Numbered from the stretch's first letter, positions 36,141 through 49,464 are shown. The stretch: DNA of 52,285 nucleotides from Octopus bimaculoides (GCF_001194135.2 NC_068988.1:33256597-33308881), one strand, 5' to 3'. Notes: generated by a model from the sequence alone, not told the origin. Translations and numbers: made by a program.

Positions 36141-37015
36141 CACGAGGTGTTATCAAACATTTCTTAGACTAGGTCTATAGCGCGCCAACAGATGGCAGCT
36201 CACTGTTGCATGTGCAGTGCGAACTAGCAGTTAGCTTCATAAGGCAGTATGCCGAGTGGTATTGCCGTGTTTACTTTACAAGTTGTGAAATGTCTGTTTT
36301 TATGGTTATATATATGCTATAGTTAGATTTTGTCATGGCCAGGAGCAAAGGGCCACGTGGAATTTTGCATTAGACTTCGGAAGTCTGCGACAGAGACATT
36401 GAGCATGTCTCGGCAAGCTTATAGCGATGAGGCATTGGGTTGTACGCAATGATTCCAGTAGCACTGTCGCCTGGCGCTTCAAAAGTGAAAATATTTTCCT
36501 GCAAGATGATGAGCAATCTATAAGGCATGTCGCAATCGTCAACCTCGAAAATGTGGTATTATACATCGAGAATTCCCCAGGGCCATCGAGATTGTTACTG
36601 CGACATTTTGAAGCGTTTCAGGGAGAACAATTAGAGCAAAAAAGACCAGATCTGTGGAGAGTGATGAATTGTATTCTTCGCCGATCGCCTCACCCCTGAG
36701 TTTCTTGCCAGCAAAATCATTGTATCGCGTCCGCACCCGCCCTATTCGCCAGATGTAGCACCTGCAGATTTCCATCTTTTCCTCAAGAGGAAAATGCAGT
36801 TCAAGTGTCACCATCTTAACACCCTTTTCGAGATCCAGAGTGAATCGTAGAATCTCTTCGCCGCTTTGACGGAAAACGACTTCCAGGCTAGATTCCAAAA
36901 TGCGGAGGAACGCTGATTCCGGTGTACTGTTGCGCGAGGTGGCTCTTTCGAAAGAGTTGTTAAAACTTCTTTTTATTAAACGCAACTAGTCTGGCAACCT
37001 TTTCATATCTCCTAG
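36141..37015 (+). mobile_element. mariner element, internally deleted and decayed
   Basis: EQRA-VEFCIRLRKSATETLSMSRQAYSDEALG..FKS....LQDDEQS, then RPDLW and HPPYSPDVAPADFHLF. Degenerate TIRs CGAGGTGTTATCAAACATTTCTTAGACTAG and CTAGTCTGGCAACCTTTTCATATCTCCTAG, with TA flanks. Confidence 0.85.
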
Positions 37016-37423
37016 TAAGTTAAAATAAGGGACAATATTGGAAGCATGGATAGACATTACCACCTTGTATAGCATAGACTTCGTGATTAATGAGTAAGTC
37101 CATAGTTCTCAAAACACCAGATCTTCCAATCTGGAGACACATCTACGCATATTGTGTTTAGAATCGTGGTGAAGTCATTTTCGAGCAGCAATTATTATTA
37201 TGGCATGAGTGACACCAGAAAATTTCTCTTCTAACGGGATTTCATTTTCATTCACATTTCGTTCTGAATATCCTTTAACTACACTAAAATTTTAAATAAC
37301 AAAAAATTAACTCACTCAAAGTTTTTTTTACATAATATATCTTCCATTGTATAAATGGTAATAGAAATACTGCTCGTTTAGGGTTCTATGGATTGGAAAG
37401 TGGAATATGTCCGTATAAACTTA

Positions 37424-37461
<38 letters not shown>

Positions 37462-37580
37462 ATTGTTTGAATCTTCTAAGAGATCATAAGTCAGGGAGAA
37501 GATGCACTCATATAAATGTTTGTAGAGAAGGTGTATTATCCAAGTCTTATAGTATAAGACTATAGTATAAAACCATCACA

Positions 37581-37668
37581 GCTAGTCTTACCAATCGGTT
37601 TCGAGCAAAAAATAAAATTGAGTGTTTGGCAACAAAACAATTATATAAATACGCTCATCAGAGGTAGC
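37581..37668 (-). ncRNA. type I hammerhead ribozyme motif in the PLE pseudo-LTR
   Basis: Minus strand: GCTACCT-CTGATGA-G(52-nt stem/loop II)C-GAAA-CCGATTGGT-A-AGACTAGC. Core intact, stem III ACC/GGT, GUA triplet, imperfect stem I. Confidence 0.65.
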
Positions 37669-38032
37669 CGACATAGAAGGGAATATGGTGATTGCTCTCC
37701 ACATTCCGGAGGTGGATTAACACGACCAGTCGGCGTCTGCTGTAAAAAAACGTGGTGTAAGGAAAAAAGGACTAGAGGATTTGCTCAGAGTTATGTCCCT
37801 TGGCCAGGTATGTTATGGAGCCAGCAAAAGTCATCATTGAAGTTGGTATAATCTCTATTAGCAATGTGGTCACATTGCGGGGATGGGGTGTGTGGTGTAT
37901 GTAGCAGTGTTATATGTATATATTTTCTGAGTTTATATATATATATAATTCAATCACTACTACCATCTGCAACAGGTCACTTTCAGGGCACTTGACCATT
38001 TAACATCCTACTACTATCATGGCACTCCCGCA

Positions 38033-38148
38033 TTCTTCTTCTTCTCCTCATCCTCCTCCTCCTCCTCATCCTCTTCTTCTTCTTCTTCTTCTTCTTCTTC
38101 TTCTTCTTCTTCTTCTTCTTCTTCTTCTTCTTCTTCTTCTTCTTCTTC
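38033..38148. repeat. (TTC)n/(TCC)n trinucleotide repeat
   Basis: Direct inspection. It produces the spurious poly-E and poly-K ORFs. Confidence 0.95.
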
Positions 38149-39926
38149 CGTATCAAAAAATGGCAACGACCTCCAGCCCACAAGAGTAAACAAGAGAGAC
38201 AGAGACAAGCAGAAACAAGGAAAATCCTTTTGTATGCGAATACTATGCAAATATTCTTTTAAAAATCTTTTCTTTTAACTTTTCCAAAATTTAATTGTTT
38301 TCCATACTTACAATCTCAATGACTTAAACCGGTACTGATATATATTTTATAAAATTATTTTTGCATTTTCTGCATTGACTTTTTTTCCAGGATGTAGCAA
38401 TATCTAACGCTGTGTTCGTTACTTTGTTTTCTTTCTGTAAAGGATAACGTTGTGGGTTTGTTATATTAGCGTGCAGTGTATGATGTATAATGTATAATGT
38501 GCGTATGGGGTTGTTTATATTTGGGGGTGTAATTTGCTTCAGAAGCTATGTGCTGATTTTATATGGGTGCATTGGTGGGGTGTGTGTTATGGTCAAAGCC
38601 TTGATGTCATGTCCAAAAGCATTTGTGGAAGGTCGTTTGCGAACGGTTTTGGCAGGGTACCGTGGTGAGAGTCATGGTGAGTCACGTAGGTCTGACAGAA
38701 TGAAATTTATGTTACGTGGACAAGGATTAAACACCGCACTCCTGCTACTGAGGTAAATATCCGGGCCTTGAATGCCTTTTAAAATCGCCCTCTTCTCAGC
38801 TAGGCATAATCTGCGTTCCCTGCTACTATTTAAGTACGGCTTGTATCTTTCAATGATCTTCCACTTTATGGTGTACCCCGTGTGCTAGGGTAGGGTTGTG
38901 GCGTTACGTCTCTTTGGGATGTTGAATGGTTATTAAAGCGGGTTCTGAAGGGGCCTTTCGTTGACCCTACATATTTCCGCACAATCGGTTGTCCGTTGAG
39001 TCATGTTGCTGTTTCCTCTGTCTCGTAAACAACTGTTTCCATATTGTATTGTCCGTTAAGGGGACAAGCTGTGTTACCCCCTACATTTGCATCCTGCTTC
39101 AGTCTATCGTACCTACACGACCCACCATCATTGCAACCATGATTTGCCTACCTCGACTTTTCGCAAACGACTTTCCACCAATGCCCTTGGACATGACATA
39201 AACGATATATGCATATAACGCCCAGAATAATTTATACATATACCACTGCTACATATACCACACACCCCATTCTCGCAGAGTAACTACATTGCTGATACTC
39301 CAATGATGATTTTGCCGGCTCCACAATATACCTAACTAATGGACATAACTCCGAGAAAATCCCCTGATCCTTTTTTTATTCCACCACTTTTTACAGCAGA
39401 TGCCGACCGGTTGTGTTAATCCACCTCCGTAATGTAGAGAGTAATCGCCATATTCTCTTCCAAGTCGACTATCTCTCATGAGCGTATTTATATAATTGTT
39501 TTGTTGCCTAACATTCAATTTTATTTTTATTTTTTGTGTGACACCGATTGTTACAACAAGCTGTCATGTATACTTAATACTATAAAACACGGATAATATA
39601 TATAGAGAGAGAGATACATTAACAGATATATTAAACATTTTCAGAAAAAAGTGACTAGGAAACTATCGTATGTACTCAAGGTCAGTTCACATGGTTTTAT
39701 CATTTCGGCAGAGATAAATATTTATCAGACTGGTGGGCAAGACGTTTTGAGCTATTAACAATATTTGCTTTCTGAAATAAAATCATGTCTGGGATAAAAT
39801 GAAACCAATATCGTCCAAAACCAAATAAAGGAGATATTTTCAGTATTAGTACGTGACTGCCATAACAGAGAAATATATAGTAAACATACATAGACACACA
39901 TATGTATACACATTAATGTATATATA

Positions 39927-41260
39927 CACCCAGAATTACGCTAACAGCTTTGAAGTGAAATTTAGGTTTTCTCAGTTTCGTTGAACCGATTTCGATAAAA
40001 CTTCTCCCAGCTGGTTGGCACACTGCGGCAATACCATTGTTACGTTTTCATTTATTGATATAATGAATTATTTAGCCACATGAGCGCCAAGGCAAAAACG
40101 ACCCGATCGTGGAACGTCCAAAACTGTGACAGCTTGAGATTTAAGGAATATTGACTGCACGTTACCTGGGAAACCTGAACAAACAAGTAAACCATTTTCA
40201 CCGCCTTTGGACTGCCGCATGTACCGAAAACCATGAGAAATCACATCGTCGGGAGCATTGCTTCCGTGCGAGAACTACTGAAACTGCCTCCTCACAGGAG
40301 TTTGAACTTTCAATGGGCCCAAAATCACATGACGTTAAACATGAGTTGTGCTCTGTTCACTGACGAAACCAAAGTCAATTTTGACGTACCTGATAGTTGG
40401 GCAAATTACTGAGTCTTGGAGATGAGAGTTACCAACATTTACAACGACAACAACAGGGTAGAGCAGTCATGTTGTGGGCTAGTATCATTGGGGACAGACT
40501 TGTTGCCCCAGTTAGGGCGCCTAAAGTGATTAAAGTGACCGCAGCCGCCTTCTGCAATCTCCTGAAGAGGGTCTTGGATTCGTGGCTAGATGACATACTG
40601 TTGTCACTTGTAAGTAATCTCGTATTCATATATGACAACGCTGCCTCCCATTGTGCTAGGACCAACCATTCCTAGGTTCTTACGGCATACAAGTTGAAAG
40701 GTTGACGGAGTGGCCACTAGCATCTTCGGTTCTCAACCCTATGGAAAATTTGATCCATTACTAAACAAGATGATAATGCCGATGGACCCGATTGACATCG
40801 AAAGATATCTAATGGGCGACCATCTAAGTTGCAGCAGAGGCAGTCCGTCCTGCAGCTATTAAGACAATGAAAGATTCCCTGACTAATAAAGCGTTTGAAG
40901 TTATCCATCGAAATGACGCTCACATGGCTAAATAATTCATTATGTCAATAAATGTTAAAATATTGTCATGGTTTTCAGTTAAACATATACTCAATGTATG
41001 CTTAATATCTATCATTACCCTTCAGTTTCTGAAGAAAATGTCTAGAAGTGCTATCTTCATTCAAAAACTATTAGCGTGGTTCACCCCAAACCTGAAGAAT
41101 TTGGAATAAAAAAGAAAGGACGCTACACAGAATAATAAAAACATAACAATGGTGTTGCCATTGTGTGCAGACCAACTGAGAAAAGTTTTATCAAAATCGA
41201 TTCTGAGAAAACCGAGAAATCCTAAATTACACTCCTAAGCTATTAGCATGCCTCTGGGTG
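39927..41260 (+). mobile_element. Tc1-family transposon (TRT/DD37E-like motifs), near full length, decayed
   Basis: TA-flanked. ~130-bp imperfect TIRs begin CACCCAGA and end TCTGGGTG. Transposase motifs: ALFTDETKVNFDVPDSWA, RQQQGRAVMLWASIIGDRLV, FIYDNAASH, WPLASSVLNPMEN. Confidence 0.9.
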
Positions 41261-43419
41261 TATTCTAATAGTATTATATAGGTGCATAAAGAAATATGCA
41301 TATATGGATAAGTGTATATACACACATGCATGTATACATACATACACACATATATATAATTACACTTGAGAGTAATTTTGAGTTCCATATATTTTTCCGA
41401 TAGGATGGATCAATAAAATGATTGATGCATCACCATTATATATGAGATTTCTGAGAGTGATTGCATTGAAGAACACCCAGTGTATAAGTGAAATTAAACT
41501 GAACATAAAAATAAAGAGAAGGTATGGCTTGTTTTCAATTCCATTTATACATTTCAGCTGCAACACTGATTAAGGTGCGTGCATCTCACACTTCACTGAT
41601 TTAAGATATCTACGACAATGCCAAATATGATAGTTTCCATTGAACTCGCTGACCTTTATTCTTATACACCATGTCAAGTTTTCTACATACTTTTTTCCGA
41701 GCTTTATGAATCATTTTATCCTCTAAAACGTTGCAGAGTATCACTCAGTTTTAACACCGACTGGTTTTCCATTTCATTTATCAATCTAGAATGTTCTAAA
41801 TCTCATTTCATGTTTTGTATCTATACCATCTGCGATACTGATTTTGCCTTCAGAATATTTCTTTAGACGTTTAATTGAAAACTATATGAAGACGGATGCG
41901 ATGTAAAGAAACTTTTATCATAGAACTTCAGTACAGAGTGATTGAAATAATAAAGTCCTATCACTTTGCAATCTATTGTCTTTTTTACTACTAACTTAAT
42001 AATAGCTAAGTTGCATCAGTTTCATGGGTGCATTTAGAAATGAACAATGCAAATATTGTAGAAATGTTCAGCATTAAACTGAGAAAATTTTAATTTAAGG
42101 TTAAAGATCTTCGGCGATGGAGCGTAGAGTATATAGCAAAAAACATGGAGAAACGAACTAAACAAATTAACTTGAAAGTACACATTAAGTGTTTTATATT
42201 TCGTATCTGATCACTAGTAAGTTCCTTTTCTCAGGCAGCTCTAGGCGTATCGAAATATGTGAAATTCTGGAGAAAAATAAATACACTACTTTTACAATCG
42301 GATATTAAAAAAAACAACAACATTCAAATTGCAGACTATTTTTTCAGCACAAAATGTAAAGAAAGAAAAATATGCTATTTGTAACCATTCTGTTATAGAG
42401 CAATTGCCGTACGATACCAGGTCTTTCATCTTCAACCAGAATATGTCATTTGCTAAGCCCCTTTAGTGATTAGAAAGAAGTTATTAGTAAGGTGTTTGCA
42501 ATTTTTCGGAGTATGATACAGTCACTTCTACCAAAAGTACCAAATAACATTATGGAAATGAAGGAATTTCGCTGTTTGCTTTTCAGAAATTTTTTTCGTC
42601 ATTTACATTTGATTTAATTTTATTAAACACTAAATATATGAGAGCAAACAATTTTCTGTATATTATTTCAACATTAATAATTCGGTTACAACATAACTGC
42701 ATTAATTATTATTTCGAAATTTTATTCCAAGATTTTAGTTTATTAATATATTTGTTTATAAAGTTATCCGTTCAAGATAGCAACAAACTAGTTATAGCAT
42801 TTCTTGTTCGTTGGCATAATTGCATTTTAAATCTTTTCTCTACACATCTGTAACTTTCTTTATACGTCACGTACACCTACTTATCAATTACATTTTTCAG
42901 TGTACACCATTATGTTGCTAGGCTCATATTTTAAAATCCTTATGATGTTAGCAAGTAACATTAACGATTCGCAAATTGCAAATATCATCCTGCCAAAGAT
43001 GCTGCAATAGTCATGGAATATATAATTTACATGAAATTCAATTACCAAATCCATTAAATGCACGATTAATTCGGTAAAAGTTATACATAACTTGTATAGT
43101 AAAACATAGATTTATTGATATTTATAGAGTCAAATATATAGGCGCATATATCTTGAGGTTATAGGTCACAACAAATAACAGTACGCTATTTTACTCATAA
43201 AACTTGAAGTGACGTATACAGTAAACCAGAGTATATTTCATTCTTTACATTAAAGCATTCGCATACATATCCTTTGAAACTCTACCATCATAGGCTGGTC
43301 ATGGAAACATTTGAACACTGTGGAACACTACAATGTATTTTCCCAACTGCACCACGAATAAAAAATGTCTTGATGTTATGACAAATATCAGAAAGTAAGT
43401 ATATATATATATATATATA

Positions 43420-43486
43420 TATACACCCACACACATACACACACACACATACACACACACATACACACACACATACACACACACAT

Positions 43487-43529
<43 letters not shown>
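43420..43529. repeat. (TA)n/(CA)n/(GATA)n compound microsatellite
   Basis: Direct inspection. Confidence 0.9.
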
Positions 43530-45836
43530 TAAGGAACAGTTCATTGAAATTTGACTGATAGAAATGAGGTCATATGTTATCAAATTTTCAGATTGCAATG
43601 CCATTGTACTCATTTAGTACTGGGTATACGAAACAGAATTCCACTTCTTTTAGTTTGCAATAACGACGCACTCTAAAACCGTATTTGTCTCTAAGTATAT
43701 GAGCCTCGATTGGATGCTAAAATAGATGTAAGTGTTTATATGCACCATACATGCAAGTGGATGTGGCTTTATTTTACTGATGATAATAAGGGCACCGATT
43801 CATTATATGTAAATGTCTTCCAAACATGAGGTGAATCTTACATAAGATAAAAGATTTCACACGGGTCCAAAAATTTCACATGTGACCAACAGCATTTTAG
43901 GTCTAAAAACCGACACAACTTACAGCAGAACATTTAACCCTCATAGTGGGATCCCATTATTGCTTAATTCGCCCAGAGATCATATTACTTCTTTAGTAAC
44001 ATTGTGATAAATGTTTAGCTATTTGGTAATTGTTTTGACGTTTGGATTTAAAGTCAGGGGATTTTGGTTGTCTTCAAAAATGAGTTATGCAAAATATATA
44101 ATTATTTGCTGAATTAATCAGAAATTTCCAATCAACACTTCAATTTGGCATTGCTCCGTTGATATGGTGGAGCCTTTGGTATTTTTTAAAAATTTGTTCT
44201 TCAATTTGTTCGTCGGCTGTATTGAATTTCTATTCGTTGTTCTATTTACTTGTGATACACAATCATGAATGTCATTTACTTTTGCAATATACATATCAAT
44301 TTGCATTGTATATAAGACTGGAATGATTATTTACCGTTGGGATAATGCGTACTCAATGAACGTCGTGACCAAACTTTAAAACAAAAAATCCCATTTATTC
44401 ATCATTGCAGCATAATACCAACAAAATGTAATAAAACAATTTGAATATTCACTAAACATTTACTGCATGTATTTTATTCTATTATATTACTTATTACTTA
44501 CTAAATAAAGTGCATAGTACAAGCTCAAATATGCAAACTAATTTAATCAACTATTGAAAGTAATAAACGAGATATTTTACTAATTTGTATATTTAATTTT
44601 TCTTGTGTGAACAGTGTCATTATTTTCTAACTGAATATTAAACAGTTAGATGAAAGAGTATTCAACGAATTAATTTACTCTTTTAAGAAGATCGACCTAT
44701 TGAAGTTAGTTGAAAAATCAAATTATGCTTAGCTGCTTACACAATCTTTTAACTGAGGTACGGTAGCGTATATTTATTTTATACATTATCTTACGTAATC
44801 TCCAGTCTGTGATCATTTATTAATTTTTCAGCCAACTCGATTTTTATGTCTTGTTTACTTTTTTCTCTTAAATAAAATTTTCCGTTAAATAAAATGTTAT
44901 ATTTTGTATAGTGACATACTGCAATTCAATAAAATATCAATTTGTTGTAACTATAGCAGCGTAACTTATTTGTTTTACTTTGCATTTGAATTAATACATG
45001 TTATAAAAGTAAATCTAGTAAAACAACAATTTGAGATTTTACATGTATGACATACCTAATAAGATTTTTGTATATAGCATATATGATAAAACTATAAAAG
45101 TCGCATTAACTCAATTACTGAAAGAATAAAATGTTAAAATTAAAAAGAAAATATAGCAGATAGATCGTAATTGCAAAATTCAAAGCTTAAAGAATTCATT
45201 AGCAGATATATTTAATTTTGATTCAGTAGAAACATCAATTCGAAATATTAAAGTCTTTGGAAGAGATCTTTTTTTTTTCTGCGTAAAAATCAATATCCCA
45301 CTTTGAAAAAGAAACGGTTTTAAACGATTATGATGATACATAAAAAGCATAAAATTTTACTTGACGAACAGAAACCGTAAGACATTTCAATATTTATACA
45401 AGATTTAAATAGGAAAAGCAATTATTAATGTCCACGATGCATTTACAAATGAAAAAAAAAATACATATGCAAATAATCACTGTACTAGCAAGGGAGGAGC
45501 GAAAATGATGAAGGGAAAATATTTAGTGGTAAATGTTCTAACATGAATAAAACAAATCAAAGGGAATATCTAAATATTTTATGTTCCACTTGACTTCAAT
45601 GAGAAATCAGATGAAACCAGTGAAATAGATAAGAAGGCAATATTCTTTACTCCAAAGCCTTATTTAATGAAGCATAATTTTCATGTCTCCTCCTTATGCT
45701 TACACACACACACACCCACACCCACACACAGACACACAGACACACGCACACACACATACACACACACACATCTATAAATATACACCGACACACCTAATCG
45801 TGCATATATCTGTTTGTATGGCTGTGTGTGTATGTG

Positions 45837-45883
<47 letters not shown>

Positions 45884-45897
45884 AAGTTTGAGGAAAT

Positions 45898-46006
45898 CTA
45901 AATTATTTACGAAAGTCTATCTTTTCATCTACGAATCGTTGAAATGAAACGAATATATTCTGACGATTCGTAAAATGGTACGTTAGATCATTCGTAAATA
46001 ATTTAG
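45898..46006. repeat. small nested palindrome (MITE-like)
   Basis: 16-bp perfect IR CTAAATTATTTACGAA/TTCGTAAATAATTTAG, with an inner 10-bp IR TACGAATCGT/ACGATTCGTA. Confidence 0.6.
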
Positions 46007-46110
46007 CGATCAGTGAATATAAAACAAAATAGTATTTTTATAGTCAATCTCGTTATAAGTTGCAATTGATTTCATATTCATGTGTTTGGTTATGCTTTTA
46101 AGACGGACAT

Positions 46111-46158
<48 letters not shown>

Positions 46159-47203
46159 ACACACACACACACACACATACAGGCACGGACACACGTATGT
46201 ATGAAATTTATGAGTTCCCAGTACGTATCCAAATATATAAGTAGCTTATGATTGTGTGCGTATTTCTACTCCCGTATGCTTGTGTAAGTCGACCTATGAT
46301 ATGATAGAAATTTCCGTCAACAAAGAAAAGTGCTGAATAACAAAATGTTTCAAGCAGAGTTTATTATCATTTAAAAAATAATTTTATGATATGTACGAAA
46401 TTTTCTCTAGTGTATTTCATGTTAAAATATTTTGATTTTCGAACTGCAAGAAACGCAAAAATCATACAAAAATTTACGAAATTTGCTGGTACTACTGCAT
46501 AAGTATATGTGTTTGTGTGTGTGTGTGTGTGCGTGTAAAAATATTTTTTTAGTATTTTTTCCACTGGCATAATGCTACAAGATACAGCATAGTGAACGAG
46601 AGAAGATTCCTTTTACCAGTTTTTCCGTGTTCAGATGTAAATAATTCTCCATATGTATGTTTTTTTTCTGAACAGAATCATAAAAATCTTATGAACACTA
46701 AAGTGTCCTCTAAGCTGTTTGAAATGAGTGCTCTATATTTAAACGAACGTAGATTTTGGGTGGAACTTCACACCTTAGGAATATATTCAATTCAGTACAC
46801 AATTTATACTTCTATGAGATCAATTGGTATCTACTTATTATTGGCTAAAACAACAATAATTTGTATCAGTTTCACGATTTCCATTTTTATCTTCCGAAAT
46901 AAAATAATGCATCATACATCTACGAATAACTCTAGAATGATTTACATCCAATACCTTCCACCCTATATATAAAGAACTTGTATAAAGAACGTGAATCACT
47001 GTTCAGTATACATATGTGCAAGTCAGCATATGAGCTATTTAGTAGAACGTCTAGGTTCTTAATACTATACATGTACTCACGATTGTGAGTGTCTATATTC
47101 GCGTGTATATATTCATTTCTATCTATCTATTTATCTCTCTCTCCCTCTCTGTATCCCCCTCTCTCTCTCCCACTCTCTCCTTCAATCTCTCCCTCTCTCC
47201 CTG

Positions 47204-47234
<31 letters not shown>

Positions 47235-47606
47235 NNNNNNNNNNNNNNNNNNNNNNNNNNNNNNNNNNNNNNNNNNNNNNNNNNNNNNNNNNNNNNNNNN
47301 NNNNNNNNNNNNNNNNNNNNNNNNNNNNNNNNNNNNNNNNNNNNNNNNNNNNNNNNNNNNNNNNNNNNNNNNNNNNNNNNNNNNNNNNNNNNNNNNNNNN
47401 NNNNNNNNNNNNNNNNNNNNNNNNNNNNNNNNNNNNNNNNNNNNNNNNNNNNNNNNNNNNNNNNNNNNNNNNNNNNNNNNNNNNNNNNNNNNNNNNNNNN
47501 NNNNNNNNNNNNNNNNNNNNNNNNNNNNNNNNNNNNNNNNNNNNNNNNNNNNNNNNNNNNNNNNNNNNNNNNNNNNNNNNNNNNNNNNNNNNNNNNNNNN
47601 NNNNNN

Positions 47607-47704
<98 letters not shown>

Positions 47705-47924
47705 CATGTAGGTAAAAGAGTGAGACAGATAGACATGCAGACATACAGAAACAGCAGTCTGATCGTTGTCCGAGCATGATCATCGTTGAAAGTGACAGTA
47801 ATGCCCGTACAAGGGCTTTAAATCAATTACAGTTTGTATAACACCACAACAAATCCAAGAATGCCCGAAAGAAGGAAATTGCACCGAATTTTATAATACA
47901 AGTTAACCTTCTATCTATCAATCA

Positions 47925-47961
<37 letters not shown>

Positions 47962-48073
47962 ATTTTCTATGTCTGTTGCTTTATATCTTCCCCTTTTTCT
48001 CTTTTTCTCTTTCTCCTCTCTCACTCGATAATACACACACTCACACACACACTCACACACATACACACAATCA

Positions 48074-48118
<45 letters not shown>

Positions 48119-48346
48119 CGTGTTACATTTTCTCCGTTTTCTCGTATTTCTTTTGCCTGTGATGTGGTACACCTTCGCTTGCTTTCTTCTATTAATTTGA
48201 TTTTCTTAGTTTAGATTTTGGGGGCCTACCAATATTGAACAGTCTCAAGTGTAACAAACCGAAACTGAGGGCCACAATGATCCGACCTGGTATATCCTGT
48301 CCGTCTTTGTATCGCCTATTTGTCCGTATGTTTTTATTGTCGTCAG

Positions 48347-48421
48347 GTAAGTAGTCTTTTCGGAGTTTTGTTGCTCATCTTCATGATTCTGATATTTTAA
48401 TTTTTTATTTTTTTGTTGCAG
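48347..48421 (+). other. predicted 75-nt GT-AG intron in the mariner 5' leader
   Basis: CAG|GTAAGT donor, CTGAT branch-like site ~28 nt upstream of the acceptor, long T-tract and TTGCAG| acceptor 36 nt before the transposase ATG. Confidence 0.55.
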
Positions 48422-48457
48422 ATTTTGGAATAGACAAGTGAAGAGGTTACAAGGAAA

Positions 48458-49464
48458 ATGGAGAAAACTGAGTATCGTGTTGTCATAAATTACCTTCATT
48501 TGAAAGGCATGACTCCATCTGAAATGCATGAAGATATGATGAGAACCTTAACAGAAAATGTTCCTTCATATGCAACGGTCAACCAAACACTGGGTAAATG
48601 AATCCCAGTGTGGCAGGGAGAGTGTGGAGACTCCAACTGCAACCACCCAGGACAATATTGACCTTGCTCTAGGTATGATAATGCAAGATCGTCGAACATC
48701 ATGTCATGAGCTAGCCGAGAGACTGGGCCTCTCAACTAACTTTGTGACAAAAGAACTTGGGTTCTAAGAGGTGAGTCCCTCACCTTTTGATTCCTGAGCA
48801 GAAACGCACCAGGTGAACTTTGTCTACGAGAAATTTGGAACTGTTTGAAGCCGGCGAACAGAATTTTCTTGCTCGTTTCATTACTATGGACGAAAATTGG
48901 ATTCATCACCAGCCTGAAACAAAAGAAAAATGAAGGCAGTGGAAGCACACAAACTTCTGCTACCCCAAAGAAGGCCAGGATCATTCCTTCAACTGGCAAG
49001 GGCATGGTGTCAGTTTTTTGGGATTTCAAGGTGTCTTGCTGATCGATTACTTTGAAAAGGGTCGGACCATGACAGGACTGTATTATTCTCAGCTACTGAA
49101 ACGCCTCCGAGAATCAATCAAAGAAAAGAAGCCGGTAATGCATACCAGAGGGGTCCTTTTTCATCACTACAATGCTCCAACCCACACCCCAGTGGTTGCT
49201 ATGGCAACAATACGTGATGGTGGACACGAAGTAGTTCCCTATCCACCTTATTCGCCAGACTAAGCCCCCTCTGACTTTCATCTATTCCCAAAAATGAAAA
49301 CAGCACTGGCTGGTCACCATTTCGCCATTGACAATGACGTCATAGACGCTGTAGGAAATTCCTTGGAGTCTCAAACAAAAGATTTCATTTACGGCGGGAT
49401 AATGGCGCTTCAGCACCGCTGGAGAAAATGTTCAGCCATCGAGGGGGACTATGTTGAAAAATAA
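48458..49464 (+). pseudogene. mariner (DD34D) transposase pseudogene; element right TIR ends ~49526
   Basis: MEKTEYRVVINYLHLKGMTPSEMHEDM..., FITMDENWIH, HHYNAPTH (second D mutated to Y), YSPD*APSDFHLF with 34 residues between catalytic positions, and EGDYVEK* end. Frameshifts and stops present. Confidence 0.92.

Larger units (their letters stand above)
37530..39600 (-). mobile_element. Penelope-like element (PLE): GIY-YIG endonuclease remnant with inverted pseudo-LTR copies
   Basis: 38672-39094 minus reads GCKCR..CPLNGQ..VVYE..KYVGSTKGPFRTRFNNH..YTIKWKII..LCLAEKRAI..LSSRSAVFNPCP. 37530-37930 is inverted-homologous to 39220-39600, and 38604-38705 to 39098-39198. Confidence 0.85.

Noticed and set aside
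37983-38250. Poly-Lys and poly-Glu ORFs
   Set aside because: Products of the (TTC)n repeat.
46592-46972. 126-codon ORF with NERRF occurring twice
   Set aside because: GTG start, low-complexity AT-rich tail and no recognisable domain.
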